Virus record (IMG/VR): IMGVR_UViG_3300009161_000003
Span: 32,001 to 96,000 of that record
Direction: 5' to 3' (one strand)
Source: a virus
Length of the DNA: 64,000 nt
Within the stretch, counting starts at the first letter, position 1. Each line of letters opens with the position of its first letter. Position numbers and translations under genes: made by a program. Shown in pieces: positions 57,401 to 64,000 of this stretch. A model generated the notes under the pieces. That model was not told the DNA's origin. It saw nothing but the letters and a program-made list of their open reading frames with translations, and searched no databases.

Positions 57401-59889
57401 GGTCTTTCATAAATACCACCAATTCCAGGAACTGGAAAACTTCTTCCACTTGATTCTGCAACTAACTTTCCAAAGTTTTTTGGTCTAACTTTACCAAGAT
57501 TACTATTTTTAACTTCATTATCAATTTCATCTAATACTGCATCTTGTTGTCTTACATCTTGAACTTGTTTAAAATTATTAGGCATTCCTAAAAATAATTT
57601 TTTCTTTTCTGCTTGTGCTTTTTGTTTTGCAACAAGTGCTTTAGCATATTCTATTGATCCTACACGGAATTGTGGTAATGTTGGATCATATCTTGGTCCA
57701 CCCTTTATTTCTCCAGCATAAGGATCTCCTCCAGTTCCATTACCACGTAAAACAAATCCACCTTTATTTAATCTTTGTAAAAATCCTTTATTTTCTTGTG
57801 CTGCGTCTTTTGTTACAACAAATTCTCCTGGAGTTAATACTGCTGGAACTGTATCTTTATTTCCCGTTCCAGGAACAAAACCTCCTGATGCAAATTTTTT
57901 TGGACCTAATCCGCCCTTCATCATTCCTGGATTTATTCTTGCAAAATTTATTCCTGCAACGTTTGCTTTTTGGTATGCTGCTGCCAAAGCGGTTGCTGCT
58001 GCAGTTTCTGCTGTAAATGTTTGAATTAATCTTGAGTGTGATTGATTAAGGGCTGTAGCAACTGTTGCTGCTTCAATTTGTTCAGAAGACATGTATCTAG
58101 TTTGATTACCTAAAAAGTTAGATTCTTTTCCTAATCCTAAAAATCCATTTCTTAGTGTTAAAAATAATTTAATTATATTTGCTGCACCGTTGGCAATTAA
58201 ACCAAAGGTCATGAGCAATGCTGGTCCTACTAATCCAACTGCTCCAATTAACATTACAATTGCTTTTTTACTTCCATCTCCAAGCCCGTTAAATTTTTCT
58301 AATATTTTTCCAATAAATTCTACAATAGGAGTTATTGCTTTAAGGAATTGTTGTCCAACTGGAGCAAGCGAAACTTTAAGGTTTTCTAATGATTTTTTAA
58401 ATTTAGTTCCAGTTGCATTTTCTACTTTTGCAAGTTCTCTTTCTGAAAGAATTGCAAGTTCTTCTATTGATGCTCCTGCTAAATCTAGTGTCTTTGAAGC
58501 CTGTGTTCCACTTTGTGTAACGTTTTGAAATAATGTTGATAAACGTGAAAATTGAAACTTGCCAAACAATTGTTCAATGGCTCTTGATCTTTCTAGTGGA
58601 GCAAGTGTATCGAGTGCTTGTGCAAACTGGATAACAGTATCTTTAATATTACCTTTGTTTGATTCAACAATTCCATTAATGTTAATGCCTAAATCTAAAA
58701 GAAACGCTGATGCTTTCTTTGATGGATTAATTAATGATGCAAGACCAGATTTTAGTGCGTTAGCACCTTCTGAAGCATTGATTCCACCTTCTTTCATTGC
58801 AGTCATAAAGAATGCAAGATCTTCAACATCTCCACCAAGTTGACGAATAACTGGTCCTGCTTTAGGAACTGCTATAGTCAAGTCTTCAATATTTAAAACT
58901 GTTTGGTTTTCTACAGCGTTAAGAAAATCAATTTTACCTTTTAATTTATCTGCTTGTATTCCAAATGCATTTGTTAATGATATGGTAGTTTTTAAAGCAT
59001 CTGCTTGTTCAACGCCACCAAGAACGGCAAGCCTTGTTGCTTCCGCAACTTGCGCCATTAAATCAGAACCCATCTTTCCGGTAGCAGCAGCGTCTGCAGC
59101 CATCTCCATTGTTTTCTCAACAGCAACGCCATACTTTGTAAATGATAAGGCTAATAGTTGTACTTCTTTTAATGCTTTTTCTGCTTCTCCAGAAGTTGTA
59201 AACATTTCTCCATATACACGTTTAAATCTAACTGCTTGTTTTTCCAAAGCCATAAATGTTTTTCCTGCTGTTGTTCCAAGCATTGTTAGTGGAACGGTAA
59301 AACCAACCATCAACTGACGTCCAGCCCATTGAGTATTTTTACCAAAGTTTAATAGGTTAGTAGAACCTTGTTTTAATAGTTGTCCAAATAATTGTTGTTT
59401 CTGTGCAGCAATAGCAGTCTTTGTTGCTAAATGATCCATGTCTAATGCAAGCGGTCTTACTGCTATTGATTGAATTGCACCGTTTGCTGTTCTACCCATT
59501 TTAATATATTGGGTCTGCATTGTTTTAAGACGTTCTTCTGATACCTTGCCAATTGTGTCATACTCTTGTTTGAAAAGCCTACTAAATGTTTTTGTTGCAC
59601 CACCAGCATATCTAAAATATTCTCTAGTGGAAAACTTGTTTCTTTCTAATGAATCGGTAAAACTGTCAGCAGAACTTTTTATTGTCGTAAGACCTGCTGA
59701 AAACTTTCCAGTAGCATTTACTGAATTTATAAGATTGCTTTGTAGATTTGCTTGTGCTTTCGCAGCAGCGGAACTTGTAGTTGCAACTGAAGCATGAAAA
59801 TTTGCAAGTTGTCTTTGAAGTGCTTTTAATTGTCCAAGTGCTTGAGAGGCGTCGAGATTAACCTCAATATTGGATTGTACATCAGCCAC
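51400..59889 (-). CDS. tape measure protein with internal inserted domains
   Basis: 2829 aa, Ala-rich helical; TP901-type core (AT.LA..G, A.E.ANALKS); TM/Gly-zipper segments; follows the chaperones. Confidence 0.92.
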   Translation of the reverse strand: MADVQSNIEVNLDASQALGQLKALQRQLANFHASVATTSSAAAKAQANLQSNLINSVNATGKFSAGLTTIKSSADSFTDSLERNKFSTREYFRYAGGATKTFSRLFKQEYDTIGKVSEERLKTMQTQYIKMGRTANGAIQSIAVRPLALDMDHLATKTAIAAQKQQLFGQLLKQGSTNLLNFGKNTQWAGRQLMVGFTVPLTMLGTTAGKTFMALEKQAVRFKRVYGEMFTTSGEAEKALKEVQLLALSFTKYGVAVEKTMEMAADAAATGKMGSDLMAQVAEATRLAVLGGVEQADALKTTISLTNAFGIQADKLKGKIDFLNAVENQTVLNIEDLTIAVPKAGPVIRQLGGDVEDLAFFMTAMKEGGINASEGANALKSGLASLINPSKKASAFLLDLGININGIVESNKGNIKDTVIQFAQALDTLAPLERSRAIEQLFGKFQFSRLSTLFQNVTQSGTQASKTLDLAGASIEELAILSERELAKVENATGTKFKKSLENLKVSLAPVGQQFLKAITPIVEFIGKILEKFNGLGDGSKKAIVMLIGAVGLVGPALLMTFGLIANGAANIIKLFLTLRNGFLGLGKESNFLGNQTRYMSSEQIEAATVATALNQSHSRLIQTFTAETAAATALAAAYQKANVAGINFARINPGMMKGGLGPKKFASGGFVPGTGNKDTVPAVLTPGEFVVTKDAAQENKGFLQRLNKGGFVLRGNGTGGDPYAGEIKGGPRYDPTLPQFRVGSIEYAKALVAKQKAQAEKKKLFLGMPNNFKQVQDVRQQDAVLDEIDNEVKNSNLGKVRPKNFGKLVAESSGRSFPVPGIGGIYERPDGSKVFVKPFLDEKSALAEMRGTTIARDVHGLVSPEQKLSTMVDPNNPSRRLIVLESKFDPRFAAMSGEFTKSDFVKQAVASVVRGDKDLSKSNLSGSILADVGPAGVFGTASGKRNFGGMLPVKDQAMVNFLGVKGGAKRYFADATRSIAQSMTPAQYEKAMIQELDRVLPKLKSSIGSFNLNPEEKVAYSQMVQRVEDAKKINWKEIHKIHAEGKTQNIKKPTTQPVQRPGEKGHRVSIKDPAFRKILVSRGFRLRGEYDPTLNSLEKLHFTSGKDSNLHTAAGSKFGKKIDSGFTILGNHGYNQISEQSGLDVAKPYPLTYQDAVKSKKSIENRLAELTSRPPQPPNKQSAIKLEQDTKFMKMALADLDTNLKIHSNPTKWKKEMGMRYALAGAMSEGEGINGPTYKRLYKRFMAIQGNSTADITKNIVKLAASDYRAGRSADKGMTSRGKVDPNKGVARLKQIGGISSHVVKAANAMIAKSPNATALMGLFPRSQKDFDLLPESHQKMLRAPNMIYNYLKMRQGIGFKNFSTAKKFASGGSVPGYGEKDTVPALLTPGEFVVNKAATQKHGPILQAMNSGNIQYRKTGDIRSKSNKTKKATAASKAATIAASKARAQALTNEEEKTQKSRFNFNKSSAPVDEQTRAAQQARSQKMMQRSSMAMSTVMMGNMALGMMGNETAQKYQGALGGLTAATMAMTMIQGPKSALAVGIVGLAATYFILKKSNEALLKKTIETTVNMGAGAKSMKELAETTGKVSAREIMDRRRNDKLSQFQIKTGKKTFGESFVEGEKGQQMVKDFGQRIKDGGPGGQQLAQSELTAQLATAISSGIMTPAQARSVAANIGEAMGDRALGITVNAKLIDLFGPKGENLLKDPLTIKTQLIQDSKTRMDIASNAANASGSFKKNPKDIVIGVGSVAAGMGAGAAAGAIVGSIVPLIGTAIGAVAGTIIGGIGGAIIGAKQRNDRIAKSTGASVAMQKIALEQSQELLDSYDLENQKKIQLLESEGKLVEAEKLRGEYETGRIKLLATNASLNTDILNSYKKASDGKVQTLLLKGARSAAIDKYKGTALAPVAEEASKQIQSLGLNKEHEYLINMQLSSGQMDPMQVLNMVDMFTGDKAGAQKFMDITTRFGAVVGNEAMAVASMFTEKGTGKDLDQIQKDLVLSVHGKTPEEAQKLIDFYGTLGKMGTVLDMEVIGNYVEKNKLGAAALQTTIAQIQKQKGKIDMKVTTKLLGANPKALSALNTDLEYYNKLPDEQKKIYMTALVTTTETIDLNSQDVKNFMGEKGLTFNKNKVGTLTGDAKDRKFNPKGYKKSVKLTTAKQVTDLMATDKANKITEAAKDASKAFKPGKKGGGGERDTTYDDTLKKLKLVQNSTINAIGGAEELKKVMGKNASITQFKGIDQKLMADGKVSRDFLDFVDAMSPQGLQEDLAKITTGAGTASMKLTELGNALNKAFTAIKLGEYQTQLTDKIAGIKNQVGAMSVLRNAGFSYAQAMELASDQTIALAIANKELSPAQLKELLTQTEELTAAQKQYDNAQKIALMDEMDGQVARFNIVEKFVALQEKLIENQYVLEQSKLETKQNDNNYNLDLISRQEDKINETYDKQISALEEINALAEKNNQLISTKMSIADALAKGDISAASSAMQDYRNAKIQQVAKTRMEALQKAKTNALESVTSPNGLTRVQIEADNKVIADRLSDITNNIRLAKDKLDLTLKDTLGLTRVEIAAAGSAIKLALEAGIDPNDSKFLGNILKNVKGDADSTILALTDVTKSIQAADAAMKAAKAELGTKGNTTFADQKAEDAIKAKEAAAAQAAAQAAAATLVSAAPAPALDWATQFGRYLGGVGDMPKKQTAPKTSSYNPLNYLGIPGFTGAMGGMVPKYMASGGLARGTDTVPAMLTPGEYVVNKKATQSFGPLLGAINSPTFTTPEAMSSIKNLSGSQTEVNNSKTLYNYNLSVNVSNSNANPNDIARTVINQIKMIENQRIRGY

Positions 59890-59912
59890 TCATAGCACCT
59901 CTTTACTTTATT

Positions 59913-60230
59913 TTATATATTAATTAAAGCACTATCTGACATGTTTGTTCCAGATGCTGCTTCAATAATTTTGTAAACTGTAGGTAAGTCTAGATTTTCC
60001 TCAAGAGACTTTAGGTCTTCTGATAAATCAGGCTTATACTGTTGCATAGCAATTTGAACACATTCCATAAGAATACTCATTGACTTATCGTTGTCTTCTG
60101 CTACTGCTGCAATACCCTCAAATTTCTTCATAAAAGGACGGAGTAGGGAAATCTTTAAAGGTCTAACTGAAACCTTTGTTCCGTCAATAAGAACTACAAC
60201 GTTCTCATCTGCCTTTGTTGCTGCTGCCAT
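59913..60230 (-). CDS. tail assembly chaperone (G-like)
   Basis: Between major tail and TMP; own TGATATAAT promoter and AGGAG RBS. Confidence 0.75.
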   Translation of the reverse strand: MAAATKADENVVVLIDGTKVSVRPLKISLLRPFMKKFEGIAAVAEDNDKSMSILMECVQIAMQQYKPDLSEDLKSLEENLDLPTVYKIIEAASGTNMSDSALINI

Positions 60231-60275
60231 TTGTTTCTCCTTTTGTTAAGTTAGTTAATTATATCACGAATAGGT

Positions 60276-60995
60276 TTATTTTTTAGTTAAATCTTCGTAA
60301 TCTAAGCCCATTCCAATACCAAACCCTGCTCTTGCTGCATTAGGACCTTGTAAAGACAATACATCGTTACCATCACTTGTTTGTCCACCACTGAAGACTC
60401 TTGCTTTCATGTCTTCCCATTCTTTTTGTCCCCTGCCATTTTCTGAATTTTTATCTAAATCTACTCCTTGAATTGCTGCTAAAAACTTTTTTTCTTCATA
60501 GTCTAAATCTCTTCTTGAGGACAAGGTTTGCATTAATTCTGGAATAGAAAGAGATGCCTCTAACTCTTCATAGTTTTTCCATATGCCTAAAGTAAAAACC
60601 TCTGACTCTAGTTTTGCTAAATCTAATTCAAACCAACCTTCATCTTTATCTTTTGAAATTTCTTTAATTGGTTTTATTTCTTTCTTATCAAGGTCTTCAC
60701 CTTCTTTATTTTTTTGTTTTATGTTAATTCCCGCAGCAATTTCAATAATATCGTATAGAGTATTAAGATCAATGTGTTCATCTAAATCTAAAAACAAATC
60801 TGGACTATATTGTTTCATGCATATTCTACAACATTCCAACAAAATATCAATAGATTCTTCATCATTTTGTGATTTTTCAAGAAGGACAAATATATCCATA
60901 AACTCTCTCATATATTTAATCTTTAAAGGAGAGCACTCAAGAACTTGATTGTTTAATAATACAATTTGAGATGTTTTAAAAACTTTTGTAGCCAT
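60276..60995 (-). CDS. tail assembly chaperone (GT-like: G-paralog N-half plus T domain)
   Basis: N-half aligns with 59913..60230; C-half WKNYEELE..LS..EL...; leaderless TGCTAAAAT. Confidence 0.7.
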   Translation of the reverse strand: MATKVFKTSQIVLLNNQVLECSPLKIKYMREFMDIFVLLEKSQNDEESIDILLECCRICMKQYSPDLFLDLDEHIDLNTLYDIIEIAAGINIKQKNKEGEDLDKKEIKPIKEISKDKDEGWFELDLAKLESEVFTLGIWKNYEELEASLSIPELMQTLSSRRDLDYEEKKFLAAIQGVDLDKNSENGRGQKEWEDMKARVFSGGQTSDGNDVLSLQGPNAARAGFGIGMGLDYEDLTKK

Positions 60996-61018
60996 TAGTT
61001 AATTTTAGCATAAAACAA

Positions 61019-61052
61019 TAAAACCCACTCCCGTTATGAGAGTGGGTTATTG
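61019..61052 (-). terminator. intrinsic terminator after the major tail gene
   Basis: AACCCACTCTC-ataac-GGGAGTGGGTT followed by TTATTGTTT. Confidence 0.85.
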
Positions 61053-61064
61053 TTTACTTTTTAC

Positions 61065-61730
61065 TTAGGCTCCGATGTAGTTTGTGCCAGATCCATCATA
61101 GTAGGTACGATCAACGATCTTACCATATGTTGCTGTTGTGTCATCTGGAAGCATACGGAATGAAACTTCAAACATAGAAGCCTCTTCACGCTTTGCTGAA
61201 ACTGTAACGGCCTCAATTGAAAGAGCACGGTATCCAACATAGACACGCTCTACTGAGTCAGACTTATCGCCATCACCAGTTCCTGGACCTACTGCAACAA
61301 GACCACGCTCAAGTGGTACTTCTCCAATGTCTCCTGCTGATAGTTGAAGGGTACGACCTGCTGATGTGTTCTTTGTTCCAGTTAATGCTGTATCTTTTCC
61401 TGCGGTTGCAAGAAGTAAATTTTCTAATGTTGCTTCGGCGAAAGCGGTAGCAAGAGTAACTTGCATTCCCTGCTTGTATAGTTTAGCAACGTCAAGAACC
61501 TGATCTACGGCTACCTCGCCGAAATCTGGTGTGAAGGTCAATTCAAGACCATTCATTGTGTATCCTACGTTGTCAAAATTTGGATTTGCTGACAAGGTGG
61601 ACTTATAAGATTCTGAAGATACAAATGCAGGAACTGCATGTGCGCCTGTTGGTGTAAGTTTGTAGTCTGCAACGAAAATTGCTGCTGCACCTACGATAAT
61701 ATTTGTGGATGTACCACGTGAATATGCCAT
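61065..61730 (-). CDS. major tail protein
   Basis: NIIVGAA, VGYT..GL, V.VDQ, AEATLENL, F.VSFR; strong RBS and terminator. Confidence 0.85.
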   Translation of the reverse strand: MAYSRGTSTNIIVGAAAIFVADYKLTPTGAHAVPAFVSSESYKSTLSANPNFDNVGYTMNGLELTFTPDFGEVAVDQVLDVAKLYKQGMQVTLATAFAEATLENLLLATAGKDTALTGTKNTSAGRTLQLSAGDIGEVPLERGLVAVGPGTGDGDKSDSVERVYVGYRALSIEAVTVSAKREEASMFEVSFRMLPDDTTATYGKIVDRTYYDGSGTNYIGA

Positions 61731-61815
61731 ATTTAACTCCCTTTTTCAATTTTTTTTCTATATTAAGTTATCAAAGCATTACTAATGCCTTCTCTAAACT
61801 ATTATATCAGCCTTT

Positions 61816-62403
61816 TTATGTATAATATGGGGCTGGGTCATTTATAGTATGATAGTCATACTCAATAATAAATTTATTTAAAGTCAGTCCTCGCAGAGAA
61901 GAAAGTTCTGTTAAATCTCTAACCTCTTCTAGTTGATAGACCTTGATATCATGAAAATATACATTTCTAATTAAGGGCACTGTTAAGTCTAAAAGAGGAG
62001 AGTCTCCATCTTGTTTTTTCATTGTCCACCTATTTAGGTCTTCTGCTGCTGCATCTGATCTATCTAATAATTGAGATAAAATTGTGCTAACATCTAAAAT
62101 TTTGCTGGGAGTTGAATATACATAATATAATAACTGCTCACACCTAAGAGGATACAAACCACTTCTTCTATATCTAATAAGTCTGTCATATTGGACAATT
62201 ACATCTGGCTGTGTATTTAATGCAATTCCTTCATCGTCATATTGTGTTGGTATGTCCACTCTGTTTTTACTTAAATCATCAATTGCTGCTGCATTAGATG
62301 GTATTGTTAAAACACTAAAGCCATATTCATTTAATGCTGCTTGAATAAAAGCATTTATCCAGATTGGTGGAAAAGGTAGATTTACTACATCTTTGGTTGC
62401 CAT
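61816..62403 (-). CDS. tail terminator-like protein
   Basis: Position upstream of major tail; I.YDYH C-terminus. Confidence 0.55.
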   Translation of the reverse strand: MATKDVVNLPFPPIWINAFIQAALNEYGFSVLTIPSNAAAIDDLSKNRVDIPTQYDDEGIALNTQPDVIVQYDRLIRYRRSGLYPLRCEQLLYYVYSTPSKILDVSTILSQLLDRSDAAAEDLNRWTMKKQDGDSPLLDLTVPLIRNVYFHDIKVYQLEEVRDLTELSSLRGLTLNKFIIEYDYHTINDPAPYYT

Positions 62404-62404
62404 T

Positions 62405-63082
62405 TTACTCTACCCCCACATTAATGTTTGTAATCCAACGATAGCCAACTTCTCTACCCTTTGATTTTCCAATGTTTGATCCTGCTTGTAAGTTTTTTTT
62501 GTATACTTGTGGATTGCTTAAATGATCATAAATTCCAGAAGCCCTTAAAAATGTTTGTTTAAAATAATAATTCATAAAGTTATCAAATGTTTTTTCATAA
62601 GAACCTTGAACCCAGTCTCCTCCAGGATTTGAAACATTAACTGGATTTTTTGTAAAAATTTGTTCTCCACCAACATTAAAAGAAAGTACGGAAGCATTTC
62701 TTGGTTTAATTACAACTGGTTGACCATACTCCATAATTCTTGCCTTGTTATAGAACGGAACCAAAGATCCCTGTTTAATTGATGTTGATTGTTTAAAGTC
62801 AGACTTAATAGATAATCCAAGATTGCTTACGGTATGTGTAACTTCAAAAAGTCTTTTAGATGCCATTCCAACCTTGCCCCATTCATAAACATGATGCATA
62901 GACATTGGATCCATTTTTGCATTTGCATCAACAAACATCTTTAATGCTTCTACTGTGTCTCTTCCTAAGTTATTTAAAAATACCGTTTTTCCTTTTTGTG
63001 CCCCTTCAAAAAATCCAAAAGAATAATCAACAATATTATTCATCTTTTTCATAAATTTTTTATCATCAAATTTAACTTGCAT
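62405..63082 (-). CDS. neck/tail completion protein
   Basis: HHVYEW, KA.IME.G; position. Confidence 0.55.
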   Translation of the reverse strand: MQVKFDDKKFMKKMNNIVDYSFGFFEGAQKGKTVFLNNLGRDTVEALKMFVDANAKMDPMSMHHVYEWGKVGMASKRLFEVTHTVSNLGLSIKSDFKQSTSIKQGSLVPFYNKARIMEYGQPVVIKPRNASVLSFNVGGEQIFTKNPVNVSNPGGDWVQGSYEKTFDNFMNYYFKQTFLRASGIYDHLSNPQVYKKNLQAGSNIGKSKGREVGYRWITNINVGVE

Positions 63083-63528
63083 TAGTCAGCCCCACTTTGG
63101 TTTTCTGTTCTTCGTAAAACAACTTTATAATAATCTATTGTACCAAAAGGGTTTACTACTGGATCATAAGTAGCAATTTCATAAATTGTACCCTTTCCAG
63201 AACGCTCTCCAGAAGTTTCTTGATATATGAGTTCATCCATACTGTTTCTTATGTTTGTAATAATAATATTTGTAAGTGAATTATTATCTTTATTTGTTGA
63301 CTTACGAATGTCATTTTTAATTCTTCCAATAAGCATGTTTTCATTTTTTGTAAAAACCTTTGCCTTAATATCTTCTGCTAATGCAGTTCCTCCTGAAGTA
63401 AAATTAACAATAACGCTTTTGTCAAAAATCCAATTCTTTAAACCAGATCCATACATATCACGTTGAATAGTTGGATAGTATATGTCTGCAATCATTGGAT
63501 ACAAAAAATCTGTTGCTTCGCATGACAT
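63082..63528 (-). CDS. head-tail stopper-like protein
   Basis: D.YG...K.W; YEI...P; position. Confidence 0.55.
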   Translation of the reverse strand: MSCEATDFLYPMIADIYYPTIQRDMYGSGLKNWIFDKSVIVNFTSGGTALAEDIKAKVFTKNENMLIGRIKNDIRKSTNKDNNSLTNIIITNIRNSMDELIYQETSGERSGKGTIYEIATYDPVVNPFGTIDYYKVVLRRTENQSGAD

Positions 63529-64000
63529 TACAATACTCCGATTTTAACTCTGGAATCCGATATATATTTTGAAAGAATTTTATCAACTAAAAGATTTCCA
63601 GTACCATCTAATATTGATTTATGAAACTGAAGTTTAAATTGATCTGTATTATAAGTAGTAACATATCTCTTGTAGTAATCAAGTTTGCCACAACGAATGT
63701 CATCTATTAACATTAATGTTGCTTCTTTAATATCAAGTGGTACTACCTTATATCCCGTTTCTAAAACAAAAGTAAAGTCTGATTGGTTATCAAAAGAGTT
63801 ACCGTAACCAATTGGTCCAAGCCAATCTGATTGAGCAGTTGGCAAAAACAATGGAGCCTGCTCTGATCTATTATACTCTTCTCCTGGTATATCTTTAATA
63901 ATTGCAGTACCATTATCACTTAACTTATAGGTAATTCCAAAAATTGCAGGAGTTGCTAAACTGCTGTCATACCAGAGGATATTATCTTGATACACTTTTA
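63528..64000 (-). CDS. head-tail adaptor (gp6-like), 5' end outside the window
   Basis: GY..VP.DI.EAT..L; TGN..VD.IL..Y. Confidence 0.65.
   Translation of the reverse strand, partial: KVYQDNILWYDSSLATPAIFGITYKLSDNGTAIIKDIPGEEYNRSEQAPLFLPTAQSDWLGPIGYGNSFDNQSDFTFVLETGYKVVPLDIKEATLMLIDDIRCGKLDYYKRYVTTYNTDQFKLQFHKSILDGTGNLLVDKILSKYISDSRVKIGVL

Noticed and set aside
59913-60995. Programmed frameshift joining the two chaperone ORFs
   Set aside because: The T-like domain is already in frame in the first ORF, and the second ORF has its own promoter and RBS.
1-64000. Stop-codon reassignment
   Set aside because: The standard code gives dense, full-length genes, and TAA, TAG and TGA are all used as real stops.

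Overview
This is a 64-kb segment of a large, AT-rich (roughly 30% GC by eye) tailed dsDNA phage with siphovirus-type tail genes. Its gene order resembles large actinobacteriophages. WhiB, FmdB-type and MSMEG_6728-type genes, many leaderless promoters and a host-like surface protein point to a low-GC (freshwater) actinobacterial host; this is an inference. From right to left on the minus strand: head-tail and tail genes with a 2829-aa tape measure; a replication/recombination block (DnaB, primase, SSB, DnaE, RecA, Cas4-like, two resolvases); terminase; then a ~26-kb accessory region. The accessory region holds a secreted Ig-like surface protein, Hsp20, a PA14 membrane module, an HslV-like protease, tRNA-Thr, several 2OG-Fe(II) oxygenases, a CHAP endolysin, a secreted HNH nuclease, a holin and a glycan-modification cluster (GT-B, GT47-like, GT-A, GT4, FkbM, Stealth-like, carbamoyltransferase, SGNH). 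Most notable: (1) a HipA/PI3K-like kinase cassette inside the tape measure, between repeated ASGG..DTVPA.LTPGE motifs; (2) tail chaperones G and GT apparently made by gene duplication with separate promoters instead of frameshifting; (3) a standalone pseudoknotted ncRNA candidate after hsp20 and a ROSE-like thermometer before it; (4) TTGACA-N18 promoters whose spacers are anti-SD sequences for their own gene; (5) a CTG-initiated PA14/FN3/coiled-coil/EF-hand-like membrane module; (6) a shared C-terminal K-x-[ILV]-W-[DE]-G-S-x-F peptide that may be a capsid-targeting tag; (7) prolyl-hydroxylase-like genes coupled to a GT60-like gene. All product calls come from motif recognition by eye; no database searches were run.
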